Positions 1 through 11,293 of a DNA stretch of 64,000 nt are shown one piece after another. The DNA is from Acidobacteriota bacterium (lineage in GTDB: Bacteria > Acidobacteriota > UBA6911 > RPQK01 > JAJDTT01). Under the pieces are notes generated by a model. It searched no databases. It was not told the DNA's origin and was given only the letters and a program-made list of their open reading frames with translations. Made by a program: the position numbers and the translations under genes. Numbering within the stretch: position 1 is the stretch's first letter; each line of letters begins with the position of its first letter. The stretch spans positions 5,504,001 through 5,568,000 of the forward strand of contig OZ242374.1 in the NCBI GenBank assembly GCA_965209055.1, given 5' to 3'.

Positions 1-1
1 G

Positions 2-205
2 ATCCGCAACGACGATCCCACGATCTGCAACGCCGAAATCCTCGAGGCACACAAGAGCACTCTCATGTGCCACCTGGGCAACATCGCTCACCGCACGGGC
101 CGGAACCTCAAGTGCGACTCCAGCAACGGCCATATCCTGGGCGACGATGAGGCCAAGGGCTACTGGTCCAAGGAATACGCCAAGGGCTGGGAACCCAAGG
201 TCTAG
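2..205 (+). CDS. 3' end (partial) of a Gfo/Idh/MocA-family oxidoreductase
   Basis: Frame 2 reads ...AHKSTLMCHLGNIAHRTGRNLKCD...YWSKEYAKGWEPKV*, the typical C-terminus of this family; runs off the window start. Confidence 0.7.
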   Translation: MRNDDPTICNAEILEAHKSTLMCHLGNIAHRTGRNLKCDSSNGHILGDDEAKGYWSKEYAKGWEPKV

Positions 206-225
206 TTCGAGTTCGAGTTTCTTAC

Positions 226-253
226 CGGGGGGGCTGTCAAGCTCCCCCGTTTA
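226..253 (+). terminator. Probable Rho-independent terminator
   Basis: G-run/C-run hairpin (CGGGGGGGCT-GTCA-AGCTCCCCCG) followed by TTT, between convergent genes. Confidence 0.5.
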
Positions 254-301
254 TCCCGGCTCAACACGTAAACGAAATCAGGGCGCTCGGACCAGATCTG
301 T

Positions 302-1024
302 TCAGGGTTGGTACGGCAGCCGCCGGATCCAGATGTTCCGGAATTGAACCGGGCTGCCATGGGCCTGCAGCTTCAGCGGCCCCTCCGAAACCATGGGGTT
401 GCGCCGGCCCGCGCCCGTCCCCTCCCACAGGGTGCGCTCGTACTGCACCAGGACTCCGTTGTGAAGGATGGTGAACCGGGCCGGTTTCACCACTCGTCCC
501 GATCTCCGGTCCAGCCGGGCGGCGCGAAACAGGATGTCGTAGGTCTGCCATTGGCCCGGCGCCCGGGTCACATTGACCATGGGGGCGTAAAGGTTGAAGA
601 ACGAGGCGCACTGCTGTTTCGCAGTGAATCGGTTGGGGTTGTGGGAGTCCAGGATCTGGACCTCGTAAAGGTGGTGGAAGTAGAGACCGCTGTTGCCGTG
701 GGCCGGGTCGTCCGAGGGGAGATTGAACTCGACGTGAACCTGGGCGTCGCGGAACCAATCCTTGGTGATGATGTCGTGATCCCCGGCAATCAGGACGCCT
801 TCCTCAACCTTCCAGTCCGCCGGACTGCCATCCGTGCGGGTGAAGCGGAAATTGCCCGAGCCGTCGAACAGAACCAGGGCGTCGGCGGGCGGACGGCCCC
901 CGGCATCGGTCTCCACGACCGGCAGTACCGGCACGTACTTCTGGGCCGGGGCCTCCGTGAGGTTGGACAATGGCAAGAAACTCAGAATGCACGCAAACAG
1001 CAGCAGGCGTTGTGGAAGCATCAA
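302..1024 (-). CDS. DUF1080 (3-keto-disaccharide hydrolase family) secreted protein
   Basis: Signal peptide; LFDG, GNSGLY, YEVQILDS, GQWQTYDI and LQAHGSPVQFRNIWIR motifs. Confidence 0.85.
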   Translation of the reverse strand: MMLPQRLLLFACILSFLPLSNLTEAPAQKYVPVLPVVETDAGGRPPADALVLFDGSGNFRFTRTDGSPADWKVEEGVLIAGDHDIITKDWFRDAQVHVEFNLPSDDPAHGNSGLYFHHLYEVQILDSHNPNRFTAKQQCASFFNLYAPMVNVTRAPGQWQTYDILFRAARLDRRSGRVVKPARFTILHNGVLVQYERTLWEGTGAGRRNPMVSEGPLKLQAHGSPVQFRNIWIRRLPYQP

Positions 1025-1156
1025 CCCGAGTATTCCAGTCCCGGACCACTTGAATCAAGGCCCGGCAGTGGAGTGAGCTACGAAGAGACTCGATGGCAGC
1101 CTCCTTTGTGCTCCCGTTTCCGTAGTAGACTTGGGCCTGCCGAAACAAACGACGCC

Positions 1157-1585
1157 ATGATGATCCGAGACCGTGTCACCGAAACCCGATTCCGGGTGCG
1201 CTACGCCGAAACGGATCAGATGGGGTTCGCTCACCACTCCAACCACCTGGTCTGGTTCGAAGTCGCGCGGCTCGAGTTCTTTCGGGATCTGGGCCTGAGT
1301 TACGACCGGCTGGAACGGGAATCGGAGACGTTCCTTCCAGTCGTGGAAGTCCACTGCCGCTACATGAAGCCGCTGTTTTACGACCGGGAATTTGTGATTC
1401 GAACCCGTCTGAAGCGCCTGGGCCGACGGGGCATGACCTTCGGCTACCGGATCGTGGATCCCGAGGGAAACGTGAACTACGCCCGGGGAGAGAGCCGGCA
1501 CATCGCCACCAACCGGCACGGCCGTCCCTGCACCTTTCCCGACTACTTTCTGACAGCCTGCCGCCTCGATGATGGGACCCAATGA
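1157..1585 (+). CDS. Acyl-CoA thioesterase (YbgC/FadM hotdog fold)
   Basis: RVRYAETDQMGFAHHSNHLVWFEVAR motif; start moved to ATG 1157 within ORF 308..1585. Confidence 0.85.
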   Translation: MMIRDRVTETRFRVRYAETDQMGFAHHSNHLVWFEVARLEFFRDLGLSYDRLERESETFLPVVEVHCRYMKPLFYDREFVIRTRLKRLGRRGMTFGYRIVDPEGNVNYARGESRHIATNRHGRPCTFPDYFLTACRLDDGTQ

Positions 1586-2324
1586 CATCGCCCCTTGGCA
1601 CCGCCGAATGGTGAACCGGCTTCCCCGATGGGTGCGCCGGCTGATCCTTCGGTTCGAGACCCTGATCGAAGACCGGGTGGCCGATTTCGGCCGCTCGCTG
1701 CCCGCCGGGACCCGGGTGCTGGACGCCGGCGCCGGCGAGTGCCGGTACGCCCGCGAATTCTCCCATTGCCGCTACGTGGCCGTGGACCTGGCCGTGGGAG
1801 ACGCCGACTGGGACTATTCGCGCCTCGACGGTGTGGCGGACCTGGCGCGGCTGCCGTTTCGGGACGGCTCCTTCGGGGCGGCCATCAACATCGTGGTCCT
1901 GGAGCACGTCCGGGACCCCCGGGCGGTGCTGGAAGAGCTGGGCCGGGTGTTGGCTCCGGGCGCCCGGTTGCTCCTGGCGGCGCCCCAGGAATGGGGAGTC
2001 CATCAGGCGCCCCACGACTATTTTCGCTATACGCGCCCCGGCCTCCAATGGCTGCTGGAGCGGGCCGGATTTGCCGGCATTGAAATCGAAGCCGGCGGTG
2101 GATTCTTCACGCTGCTGGGAAGGCGCCTGCTGGATTCGATACTCTACTTCCAGGGAGGATGGCGGTGGCTGCTGTTCCCGCCCGTCGCCGCCGTGTGCGG
2201 AGTGCTGGGGGTCCTCCTGCCCATGTTCGACTTCCTGGACCCAACCCGCAACACGACACTGGGCTACGTCTGCACCGCCAGAAAGCCGGGCCCGGTAGTC
2301 ACATCAGTGGAGCCGAATCGATGA
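1569..2324 (+). CDS. Class I SAM-dependent methyltransferase
   Basis: VLDAGAGE motif I; VLEHV...RVLAPGARL; PHDYFRYT. Confidence 0.8.
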   Translation: MMGPNDIAPWHRRMVNRLPRWVRRLILRFETLIEDRVADFGRSLPAGTRVLDAGAGECRYAREFSHCRYVAVDLAVGDADWDYSRLDGVADLARLPFRDGSFGAAINIVVLEHVRDPRAVLEELGRVLAPGARLLLAAPQEWGVHQAPHDYFRYTRPGLQWLLERAGFAGIEIEAGGGFFTLLGRRLLDSILYFQGGWRWLLFPPVAAVCGVLGVLLPMFDFLDPTRNTTLGYVCTARKPGPVVTSVEPNR

Positions 2325-2740
2325 GCCGCAAGAAACGAACCGTCATCAACCCGCCGGGGATGTTTCCCCCGGGCGGAGAATACTCCTACGCCGTGGGCGC
2401 CGGAGGCCTGCTCTTCATCGCCGGGCAGACCGCCTTCTCGCCCGAAGGAGAGCTGGTGGGAGAGGGCGACGCCGCCGCGCAGACGCGCCAGGTCTTCGAA
2501 AACATCGGCCGGGTCCTCCAAGGCGCCGGAGCCTCCTTTTCCGACGTGGTGGAATTCACCACCTATCTGGTGGGCGTGGATTCGGTGGCGCCCTTTCTGG
2601 CGGCCAGGCGGGAGTTGTTCCCTTCCCTCTATCCGGACGGGGACTACCCCACCAACACCCTGATCAACATCGAGTCCCTGGCCGGTTCCAAGGCCCTGGT
2701 AGAGATCAAGACCGTGGCGGTCCTGCCCGAACCGGACTGA
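2321..2740 (+). CDS. RidA/YjgF family protein
   Basis: YSYAV, LFIAGQ, QTRQVFENI, LVEIK motifs; ATGA overlap with the upstream gene. Confidence 0.85.
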   Translation: MSRKKRTVINPPGMFPPGGEYSYAVGAGGLLFIAGQTAFSPEGELVGEGDAAAQTRQVFENIGRVLQGAGASFSDVVEFTTYLVGVDSVAPFLAARRELFPSLYPDGDYPTNTLINIESLAGSKALVEIKTVAVLPEPD

Positions 2741-4355
2741 CCGCAGAAAGAGGCCGTCCGGAATCCAACCCTTCCGGAGGTCCGGACGGAAGCCAGAGAA
2801 GCGCCTCGGTCCCGTCGGGCAGGGACCAGCGCCGGGTGACGCGCCAACCGCTTTGCTCCAGCCGTTCGTAGACCGCCTGATTGAAGGTGGTGAGGTAACT
2901 GATCCCCTGGTGCCCGGTCTTCCCCACCACGGCCTGCACGCGGTCCAACAGTTCCAGTGACGCGGCCGACTGGCCCACCCGGACGACCTCCAGTTCCCTT
3001 CCCGACTCCAGGGCCTGAAGCCGCAGGGCCAGCATGTGATAGTGGGCCAGATCGGGGACGAAGCCGATTCTGGCTCCCTCGGGAATCTGCTCCAGGATCT
3101 CCCGGTGGCGCCAGTTCTCCCGACGCGGCGGACCGGCCACGTCGAAGTATCCCGGCGCGAACCAGACCCACTCCCGGCCGGCGCCCCGGTAGTCTCCGTC
3201 CTCCGGCACCTGGAAGAGAGCCAGCTTCCCGGGAACCAGAGGCAGGGAGAACGACACGGCCAGAAACTGGAGGAACGCCAGCGCCGCCGCCAGCCGGACG
3301 ACCCACTGGCGCCGGTCCCAAGGCAGCAGAATCAGGATGGCCAGCGGTCCGGCCAGCGGGAGGACATACCTGGGATCCTTTGCCTCCAACATCGTCAGCA
3401 GAAAGAGTCCGCCCCAGAACGTCCACCGGATCAGGCTCGCCTCCGGAGGCCGGTCCCGGTTCCGCTCGGACTTGAGGAACGACCCCAGGACGAAGAGCGC
3501 GGTGAGGGGAAGGAACAGGTAGTAACTGGCCAGCGACCTGGGATAGTAGAGCCAGCCCAGCAGGGTTTCCAGGCCCGGGTCCTGTTCCCATCCGGCCGCC
3601 TGCATGGTGAGAGCGAACCGCTCCATCAGGTTCCGGGCGTTGGGCAGGTACCACCAGAAGACCAGAGGAGCCGCCACCAGCCCGGCGTCGACCAGATTCA
3701 GGAGCGAGCGCTTCCGGTCCCGGGAACGGACCAGCGCCCATACCAGCGGAAACGCCAGAAACAGGATGAAGGTCCACTTGGTCAACATCCCCGCCGCGAT
3801 GACCAGACCCAGCAGCAGGCTATAGCCCTTTCGTTCCAGATGCCGGCTCTTGGCCACCAGGCAGAGGGCCAGCATGACCCACCCGCCGAGCGCCACGTCC
3901 AGGAGGGAGAAACGGCTGGTCCAGGCCACCAGGGGAAAGCACCAGGCCAGCAGCGCCGCCCAGGGAGCCGCCCCCCGGGTCAGGCACCGGGAGGCCAGCC
4001 ACCAGACGCCGCCGAAAAGCATGACCAGTCCCGGGAGATTGGACAGGAAGACGAGCGCGTCCCGGTTGGGCCACAGGGACAGAACCACCATCTCCTGGAG
4101 GTAGTAGAGGGGAGGGTAGTAGGAGGAGAGCGAGGAGAAGTCTTCCGGCAGCCTCCCGGCGTTCAGGGCCTGGAGGGACTCCCAGCCCCGGATCTGATGG
4201 TGAGCCATGTCCCAGACCTGGGGTTGCTCATCCAGCGCCAGCCAGACCACGTGCAGCGCCAGGACGCCCAGTCCCAGGAAGAGAACCGCGAATCGATCCG
4301 GCGTCCGCCGGAATCGCTCACCAGTGGGTTGCAGGCTCGGGGACGGGACCGTCAT
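2706..4355 (-). CDS. GT-C fold (ArnT/GT39, PMT-like) membrane glycosyltransferase
   Basis: Multi-TM protein; WD...YYPPLYY early loop; GMLTKW motif; soluble C-terminal domain. Confidence 0.7.
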   Translation of the reverse strand: MTVPSPSLQPTGERFRRTPDRFAVLFLGLGVLALHVVWLALDEQPQVWDMAHHQIRGWESLQALNAGRLPEDFSSLSSYYPPLYYLQEMVVLSLWPNRDALVFLSNLPGLVMLFGGVWWLASRCLTRGAAPWAALLAWCFPLVAWTSRFSLLDVALGGWVMLALCLVAKSRHLERKGYSLLLGLVIAAGMLTKWTFILFLAFPLVWALVRSRDRKRSLLNLVDAGLVAAPLVFWWYLPNARNLMERFALTMQAAGWEQDPGLETLLGWLYYPRSLASYYLFLPLTALFVLGSFLKSERNRDRPPEASLIRWTFWGGLFLLTMLEAKDPRYVLPLAGPLAILILLPWDRRQWVVRLAAALAFLQFLAVSFSLPLVPGKLALFQVPEDGDYRGAGREWVWFAPGYFDVAGPPRRENWRHREILEQIPEGARIGFVPDLAHYHMLALRLQALESGRELEVVRVGQSAASLELLDRVQAVVGKTGHQGISYLTTFNQAVYERLEQSGWRVTRRWSLPDGTEALLWLPSGPPEGLDSGRPLSAVSPVRAGPPRS

Positions 4356-5988
4356 AGGACTTCTTGACGCGGAAGATATTGAACCACTCCCAAGGCTTCC
4401 CCCCGGTAATGCTGACCGGGAGCATCCCCCAACCGGTGCTGTAGAACCCGGCGTGGGAGGAGGGGTCCAGAATGCGCCACGGAGTGTTCATCGGGGCCGG
4501 GCGCTGCTCCAGCAGGTCGAGGTATTCGTCGGAATCGTAGAGGGTCACCCAGGGGGAAGCCAGGACCGGCTTGACCAGGATATCTCCGGCCTCGGGACCG
4601 ACTTCGGTGCGCTCCAGAATCCTGGCTCCCTCCCGCTCCAGGTAGTGGCGGAAACCCCACTCGGCAGTGAACCAGAGCGTTTTCCCCTCGTTTCCGTAAT
4701 CCTGCGCGATCTCCTGGGCCGCCCGCTGGTAGCTCCGGGCGAAACGGTAGTCGGCGTGGGCGATGGTCAGGGAGTAGGCGGCGGTCAGCACCACCCCGAG
4801 CCAGACCAGGTTCCGGAGCAGATAGGCCTCCTTGACCCGTTGCTCCAGGGTGGCGATCCAGAGCAGGATCACCGGGCCCGCCACCAGCGTCGAGTAACGC
4901 ACCGATCCCGAGTAGTACATGAGGAGGCATGCCAGGCACCCCCCGAAAAACCAGAGCCAGACGGGAAGCCAGCGCCAGTCCCGCCGGGAGAGGAGGTCGG
5001 TCCCGCAGCCGGACAGAAAGCGCCAGAAGACGGCGACGCCGCTGGAGAGAAACAGGGAAAACAGGAACGCCTGGATCCAGGTCCAATCCTCCCGCCACAG
5101 ATAGAAGGGGACGAAGGAGAGCAGGAACAGGACGGCCAGAATTCGGGCGCCGACGCGGCCGGCCAATCCGTACCAGAGGGCCACGGGAAAGATCACCGTT
5201 CCCCCCAGGTTCAACAGGAGAGAGAGAGTCTTCTCCCCCATGATCCAACCCGAATAGATGTCCCGTCCGAGTGCGTGGAGAGCCGTGTTGAGCAGCAGGA
5301 ATCGATCGTAGTGCAGATACGCGCGCAGGTACCACAGGCCCCACAACAGCAGCGGCGATGCCAGAACCAGCAGCGCCTTGCCCCGGGAAATCCGGGGAGC
5401 CCCGGACTCGCGCAGGAAGAGACAGACCAGCATCAACAGCATCAAGCCGGCCCCCAGGACGGAGATGAAACAGGTCCCCAGCAACGACGCTCCCCAGATC
5501 AGCCAGTCCCACCGCGAGGCGGTCCCGTCCCTGACCCGCAGGAAACGGGACAGGGCCACAATCCACAAGGACCAGAAGGGGACATCGGTCATGATCGTGT
5601 GGCTGGAGACGAGAAACCCGGGCGCCGTGACCAGGAGGCAGGAGGCAGCCAGGGGAAATCGGACATAGCGGCGAGCCAGATCGTGAAACCCCCAAGCCGC
5701 CAGGAGGGGAAAGACCAGAAAGCCGAGATGGTAGACCCATTCCGACTCGCTGTTGGCGACCCACTTCAGCAGCGCCAGGTAATAGCTGACCAGGGGCAGG
5801 TGGCTGTGACTGGCGCCGTCGGGCGCCCCCATGCCCTCGAAGCTGATGCGGAAGTCATAAGGGTAGAGGGGCTTCTGCAGAATGTTGTCGGCCACCCGCA
5901 GATAGATGCGGTCGTCGATGTGGAAGGCCTGGAAGAGGAAAGGGAGCTGAATCCCCAGAATCAGCAGGATCAGGACTCTGGCCCGCAT
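4318..5988 (-). CDS. GT-C fold (ArnT/GT39-like) membrane glycosyltransferase
   Basis: FHIDD acidic motif after TM1, H-x-P motif, MTDVP, many TM helices. Confidence 0.7.
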   Translation of the reverse strand: MRARVLILLILGIQLPFLFQAFHIDDRIYLRVADNILQKPLYPYDFRISFEGMGAPDGASHSHLPLVSYYLALLKWVANSESEWVYHLGFLVFPLLAAWGFHDLARRYVRFPLAASCLLVTAPGFLVSSHTIMTDVPFWSLWIVALSRFLRVRDGTASRWDWLIWGASLLGTCFISVLGAGLMLLMLVCLFLRESGAPRISRGKALLVLASPLLLWGLWYLRAYLHYDRFLLLNTALHALGRDIYSGWIMGEKTLSLLLNLGGTVIFPVALWYGLAGRVGARILAVLFLLSFVPFYLWREDWTWIQAFLFSLFLSSGVAVFWRFLSGCGTDLLSRRDWRWLPVWLWFFGGCLACLLMYYSGSVRYSTLVAGPVILLWIATLEQRVKEAYLLRNLVWLGVVLTAAYSLTIAHADYRFARSYQRAAQEIAQDYGNEGKTLWFTAEWGFRHYLEREGARILERTEVGPEAGDILVKPVLASPWVTLYDSDEYLDLLEQRPAPMNTPWRILDPSSHAGFYSTGWGMLPVSITGGKPWEWFNIFRVKKSYDGPVPEPATHW

Positions 5989-5994
5989 TTCGGG

Positions 5995-7011
5995 CTAGTG
6001 ATCCCTGAATATCGGCATCTTGTAGAAGATGGCCAGCTTCTCCATCCTGGGAATCCAGCGGCGGACCTTCAGCGTGTCCACCATGAAGCTGCCCAGGATG
6101 ATTGGAAGACGCGGATTGGGCGCGTGGCAGTCCTGGCACTCGGGGTAGTCGGTCAGGTCGCCCTTCAGATGAGCCTCGCGCATGCGGTTCATCCTCTCCG
6201 AATTCCAGAGGTCGTGGATGGAGGAGTCCCGGACGTTGCCGATGGGTTCGGACTGCCAGGTATGGCAACAGGGGAAGAATTCTCCCTTGTAGTTGACCAT
6301 GGCCGGCCCCTGCCAGAGCTGATAGCAGGGATGCCGCCGCCGGGTGTGCTGGACCCTTTCCTCCAACGCCACGTCCGGAATGACGATCTCGTCTTCCTTG
6401 ATGCGGACTTCGTCGACCCCGTCGATGGACCACATCCGCTGAAAGTCCCGGACCTGATGCTGGTTTTCGGGCAGGCGGACCATCTGTAGGACCACGAACA
6501 GATCGGGACGCTGGACCCTCTTCATCTCCAGAAAGCTCAGGATGTTGGCCCTGACCTTCTCGAAATCGGCCCCCTTGCGGTACTTCTCGTAAGTTTCGGG
6601 AGTGGTTCCGTCGAAGGCGATGATGAGACTGTCCAGACCCGACTCCAGGAGTTCCTGGCTCCGGCGTTGATCCAACAGGGTGGCGTTGGTCGAGACCACC
6701 GTGTAGATGTCGGCGTCCTTGCAGTACCGGACCATGCGGAAAATGTCGGGATTCATGAGAGGCTCGCCGCCTCCCCAAGGGAACACCAATTCGGTCTTCT
6801 GGCTGATTTCATCGATGATCTGCTGGAAGAGGCCGAAATCGAAGTCTTCAGGAGGATAGTAGCCCAGCTCCCGCGGACACATGGGGCACTTGAGGTTGCA
6901 TTTCCCAGTGTTCTCGATGATGAGGGTGATGGGGTAGGCTTCCAGGTCGGCGCGTCCCGTCAGGTATCCCGAGAGCAACTTCCACCGATTCCGTGCCTGA
7001 GTCAGCCGCAT
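5995..7011 (-). CDS. Radical SAM protein with SPASM/twitch domain
   Basis: CNLKCPMC (CX3CX2C), GGGEP; C-terminal HPC...PCC...IGN...CQDC. Confidence 0.85.
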   Translation of the reverse strand: MRLTQARNRWKLLSGYLTGRADLEAYPITLIIENTGKCNLKCPMCPRELGYYPPEDFDFGLFQQIIDEISQKTELVFPWGGGEPLMNPDIFRMVRYCKDADIYTVVSTNATLLDQRRSQELLESGLDSLIIAFDGTTPETYEKYRKGADFEKVRANILSFLEMKRVQRPDLFVVLQMVRLPENQHQVRDFQRMWSIDGVDEVRIKEDEIVIPDVALEERVQHTRRRHPCYQLWQGPAMVNYKGEFFPCCHTWQSEPIGNVRDSSIHDLWNSERMNRMREAHLKGDLTDYPECQDCHAPNPRLPIILGSFMVDTLKVRRWIPRMEKLAIFYKMPIFRDH

Positions 7012-7085
7012 AGGTCTCTACCCGGGATATGCGGTGCTCATCTTAGCAGAATCACCACTCCAGAACTGATTTGACGGAATGGAGA

Positions 7086-9803
7086 TCAGAGGATCTGCCC
7101 CTCGGCGAAGAGGGGGGCCGCCCGGATGGCCGCCTGGGCCGCCGCCAGACGGGCCACGGGAACCCGAAACGGCGAACAGCTCACGTAGTCCATCTTGATC
7201 CGATGACAGAAATCGATGGATGCGGTGTCCCCGCCGTGTTCCCCGCAGATCCCGATCTCCAGGTTGGGACGCCGGGACCGGCCTTCCCGGACCGCTATCC
7301 GAATCAGCTTCCCGACGCCCTCCTGGTCCAGGGTCTGGAATGGGTTCGACGGCAGGATGCCCTCGTCCACGTAGCGCAACAGGAAGTGCGTTTCGGCGTC
7401 GTCCCGGGAGTAGCCCAGGGTCATCTGGGTCAGGTCGTTGGTGCCGAAAGAGAAAAACTCGGCAACCTCGGCCAATTGACTCGCGGTGATGGCGGCCCGG
7501 GGCACTTCGATCATGGTCCCGAACCTGTACTCGAGCCGGCATCCTCGCTCCCGCATGACCTCCACGGCCACCCGCTCCAGGACCGGCTGGATCACCTTCA
7601 ACTCGTTGACGTGCCCTACGAGAGGGATCAGGACCTTGGGCCGGACCGTTCCCCCCTCCTGAGCCACGTCGCAAGCCGCCTCGAAGACGGCCCTCACCTG
7701 CATGCTCACGATTCCCGGCATCACGATACTGAGCCGAATTCCCCGCAGCCCCATCATGGGATTGCTCTCGTGCAGCTTCCTCAGCGTCGCCAGTGTCCGC
7801 TGCAACTCGCCCACCTCCTGTGTCCGCCCTTCGGTTCGGCACACCTGCAGGCGCTCCCGGATCTCCTCCTCCGTGGGCAGGAACTCGTGCAGCGGCGGAT
7901 CGATGAGCCGGATCACTACGGGACGCCCGTCCATCACCCGGAAGAGGCCTTCAAAATCTCCCCGTTGCAGGGGCAGAAGACGATCCAGAGCCTGTTTCCG
8001 CTCGACCTCGTTACTCGAGAGGATCATCTGGCGGACGATGGGCAGGCGGCTGGTCTCGAAGAACATGTGCTCGGTCCGGCACAAGCCCACCCCTTCGGCG
8101 CCGTAGGCCAACGCACGAACCGCATCCTGGGGGTGGTCCGCGTTGGCCAGGACACCCAGATGACGACGGCTGTCGGCCCAGGAAAGGAGCGTCTGCAGGT
8201 CGTTTTGCTCTTCCAGCTTGGATTCGACGGTCGGAATCTTTCCCAGAAAAATTTCTCCCGAGGTCCCGTCGAGGGAGATCCAATCCCCCTCCTGAACCAG
8301 ATGCCCGTTGGCCCTGAGCCAACGTTTCGTCTCTCGAAGTTCCATCCCTCCGGCTCCGACCACGCAGGGCACCCCGAACTGACGAGCCACCACGGCGGCA
8401 TGGCTCGTCGCCCCACCTTCGATGGTCAGGATGCCTCGCGACGCCAGCATGCCGTGAACGTCGTCGGGCCGGGTAAAGGGGCGCACCATGACCACGTCGG
8501 TTCCCTCTTTTCCCCATCTCTCGGCCGTGTCGGCGTCGAAGGCCGCCCGTCCCACCGCGGCCCCCGGAGAAGCGTTGACTCCTCTGCCCAAAAGGTTCCC
8601 GGCGGTCCTCGCCTCTCCCTTGGCTCGAGGCGCGAAAGCAGGGTGCAGGAAGACGTCGACGTCTTCGGGACGGACGCGGAGCAGCGCCTCGTCCCGAGTG
8701 ATGCGTCCCTCCTTGCAAAGATCCACGGCAATTCGAATGGCCGCCCTGGCCGTTCTCTGCCCGGACCGCGTCTGCAGGATCCAGAGCTTGTTCCGCTCGA
8801 CGGTGAACTCCACGTCCTGCATGTCGCCATAGTGCTGTTCCAGTTTCCGGCAGATTCGAGTCAGCTCCCGGGCGACTCCCGGCATCCGGGTCCCGAGGTC
8901 GGCGATCGTCTCCGTATTGCGGATTCCGGCCACAACGTCCTCTCCCTGGGCGTTGGTGAGGTAATCGCCGTAGAGCGCCGGGGCTCCGGTCACCGGATTC
9001 CGCGTAAAGACCACGCCGGTGCCGGAATCGAGGCCCATGTTCCCGAAGACCATGGAAACGACGTTGACCGCCGTCCCCAGGTCGTGGGGAATGCCCGAGG
9101 CGTTGCGATAGTCGACGGCGCGCTTGCCGTTCCAGCTCCCAAAGACCGCCTGAACCGCCATCCGAAGCTGTTCCAAGGGGTCCTGCGGAAACTCGCCGCG
9201 GGCCTTCACCCGGATAATGCGTTTGAATTCTGCCGTCAACTCCTTCCAGTCCGAAGCCGTCAGATCTGCGTCCGACGACGCCCGCCGGCTGCGTTTTGAC
9301 CGCGCCAGATGCGACTCGAACGCTTCGTCGTCCAACTCCAGCACCACACTGCCGAACATCTGGACCAGGCGGCGATAGGCGTCGGCCGCGAACCGGTGGT
9401 CTCCGGAGCCGGCAGCGAGCCCCGCAGCCGTCTCGTCGTTGAGCCCCACGTTGAGCACCGTATCCATCATTCCGGGCATGGAGTGCATGGCCCCGGAACG
9501 GCAGGAGACGAGCAGCGGGTTCCGGGCATTGCCGAAGCCCTTGCCCGTCGCCTCCTCCATCCAGGCCATGGCCTCCAGCACCTGGTCCCACAACCCCTCG
9601 GGGAAGACACCTCCCGAGTTCAGGTATTCCACGCACGCTTCCGTGGTGATGACGAAACCGGGCGGCACAGGCAGGCCGCTGCGGCTGATCTCGGCCAGGC
9701 TTGCACCCTTCCCGCCGAGAAGCGCCCGCAAAGACTCCTTCTCGTGATGAGTCTCGCCAGGAGACACTTCGTCGAACCGGAACACCCATTTTCCGCTGTT
9801 CAT
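7086..9803 (-). CDS. ppdK: Pyruvate, phosphate dikinase
   Basis: LLGGKGA, SMPGMMDTVLN, GGATSHAAVVAR phospho-His, GLCRTEHMF, FSFGTNDLTQ, GICGEHGG; start at ATG 9803. Confidence 0.95.
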   Translation of the reverse strand: MNSGKWVFRFDEVSPGETHHEKESLRALLGGKGASLAEISRSGLPVPPGFVITTEACVEYLNSGGVFPEGLWDQVLEAMAWMEEATGKGFGNARNPLLVSCRSGAMHSMPGMMDTVLNVGLNDETAAGLAAGSGDHRFAADAYRRLVQMFGSVVLELDDEAFESHLARSKRSRRASSDADLTASDWKELTAEFKRIIRVKARGEFPQDPLEQLRMAVQAVFGSWNGKRAVDYRNASGIPHDLGTAVNVVSMVFGNMGLDSGTGVVFTRNPVTGAPALYGDYLTNAQGEDVVAGIRNTETIADLGTRMPGVARELTRICRKLEQHYGDMQDVEFTVERNKLWILQTRSGQRTARAAIRIAVDLCKEGRITRDEALLRVRPEDVDVFLHPAFAPRAKGEARTAGNLLGRGVNASPGAAVGRAAFDADTAERWGKEGTDVVMVRPFTRPDDVHGMLASRGILTIEGGATSHAAVVARQFGVPCVVGAGGMELRETKRWLRANGHLVQEGDWISLDGTSGEIFLGKIPTVESKLEEQNDLQTLLSWADSRRHLGVLANADHPQDAVRALAYGAEGVGLCRTEHMFFETSRLPIVRQMILSSNEVERKQALDRLLPLQRGDFEGLFRVMDGRPVVIRLIDPPLHEFLPTEEEIRERLQVCRTEGRTQEVGELQRTLATLRKLHESNPMMGLRGIRLSIVMPGIVSMQVRAVFEAACDVAQEGGTVRPKVLIPLVGHVNELKVIQPVLERVAVEVMRERGCRLEYRFGTMIEVPRAAITASQLAEVAEFFSFGTNDLTQMTLGYSRDDAETHFLLRYVDEGILPSNPFQTLDQEGVGKLIRIAVREGRSRRPNLEIGICGEHGGDTASIDFCHRIKMDYVSCSPFRVPVARLAAAQAAIRAAPLFAEGQIL

Positions 9804-9907
9804 TTGAGCCGCCCCAAACGGAGATTCGAATAGAACGATCCGAGAAGGAAATCCCGCGGGAACCCGGAGACGTGCGGGAGCCGGTCCCGCGTCACCGGCG
9901 ATACGGG

Positions 9908-11233
<1,326 letters not shown>

Positions 11234-11293
11234 TCACCTCGAATTCATGCCGCCACGGGCACCGCATGAGTTTTTCGCCGTCCGCCCGTCGAA

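Noticed and set aside
1121-1131. CGTAGTAGACT repeated at 1121 and 63378 upstream of start codons
   Set aside because: Most simply ordinary -10 promoter elements; two copies are too few to claim a regulon
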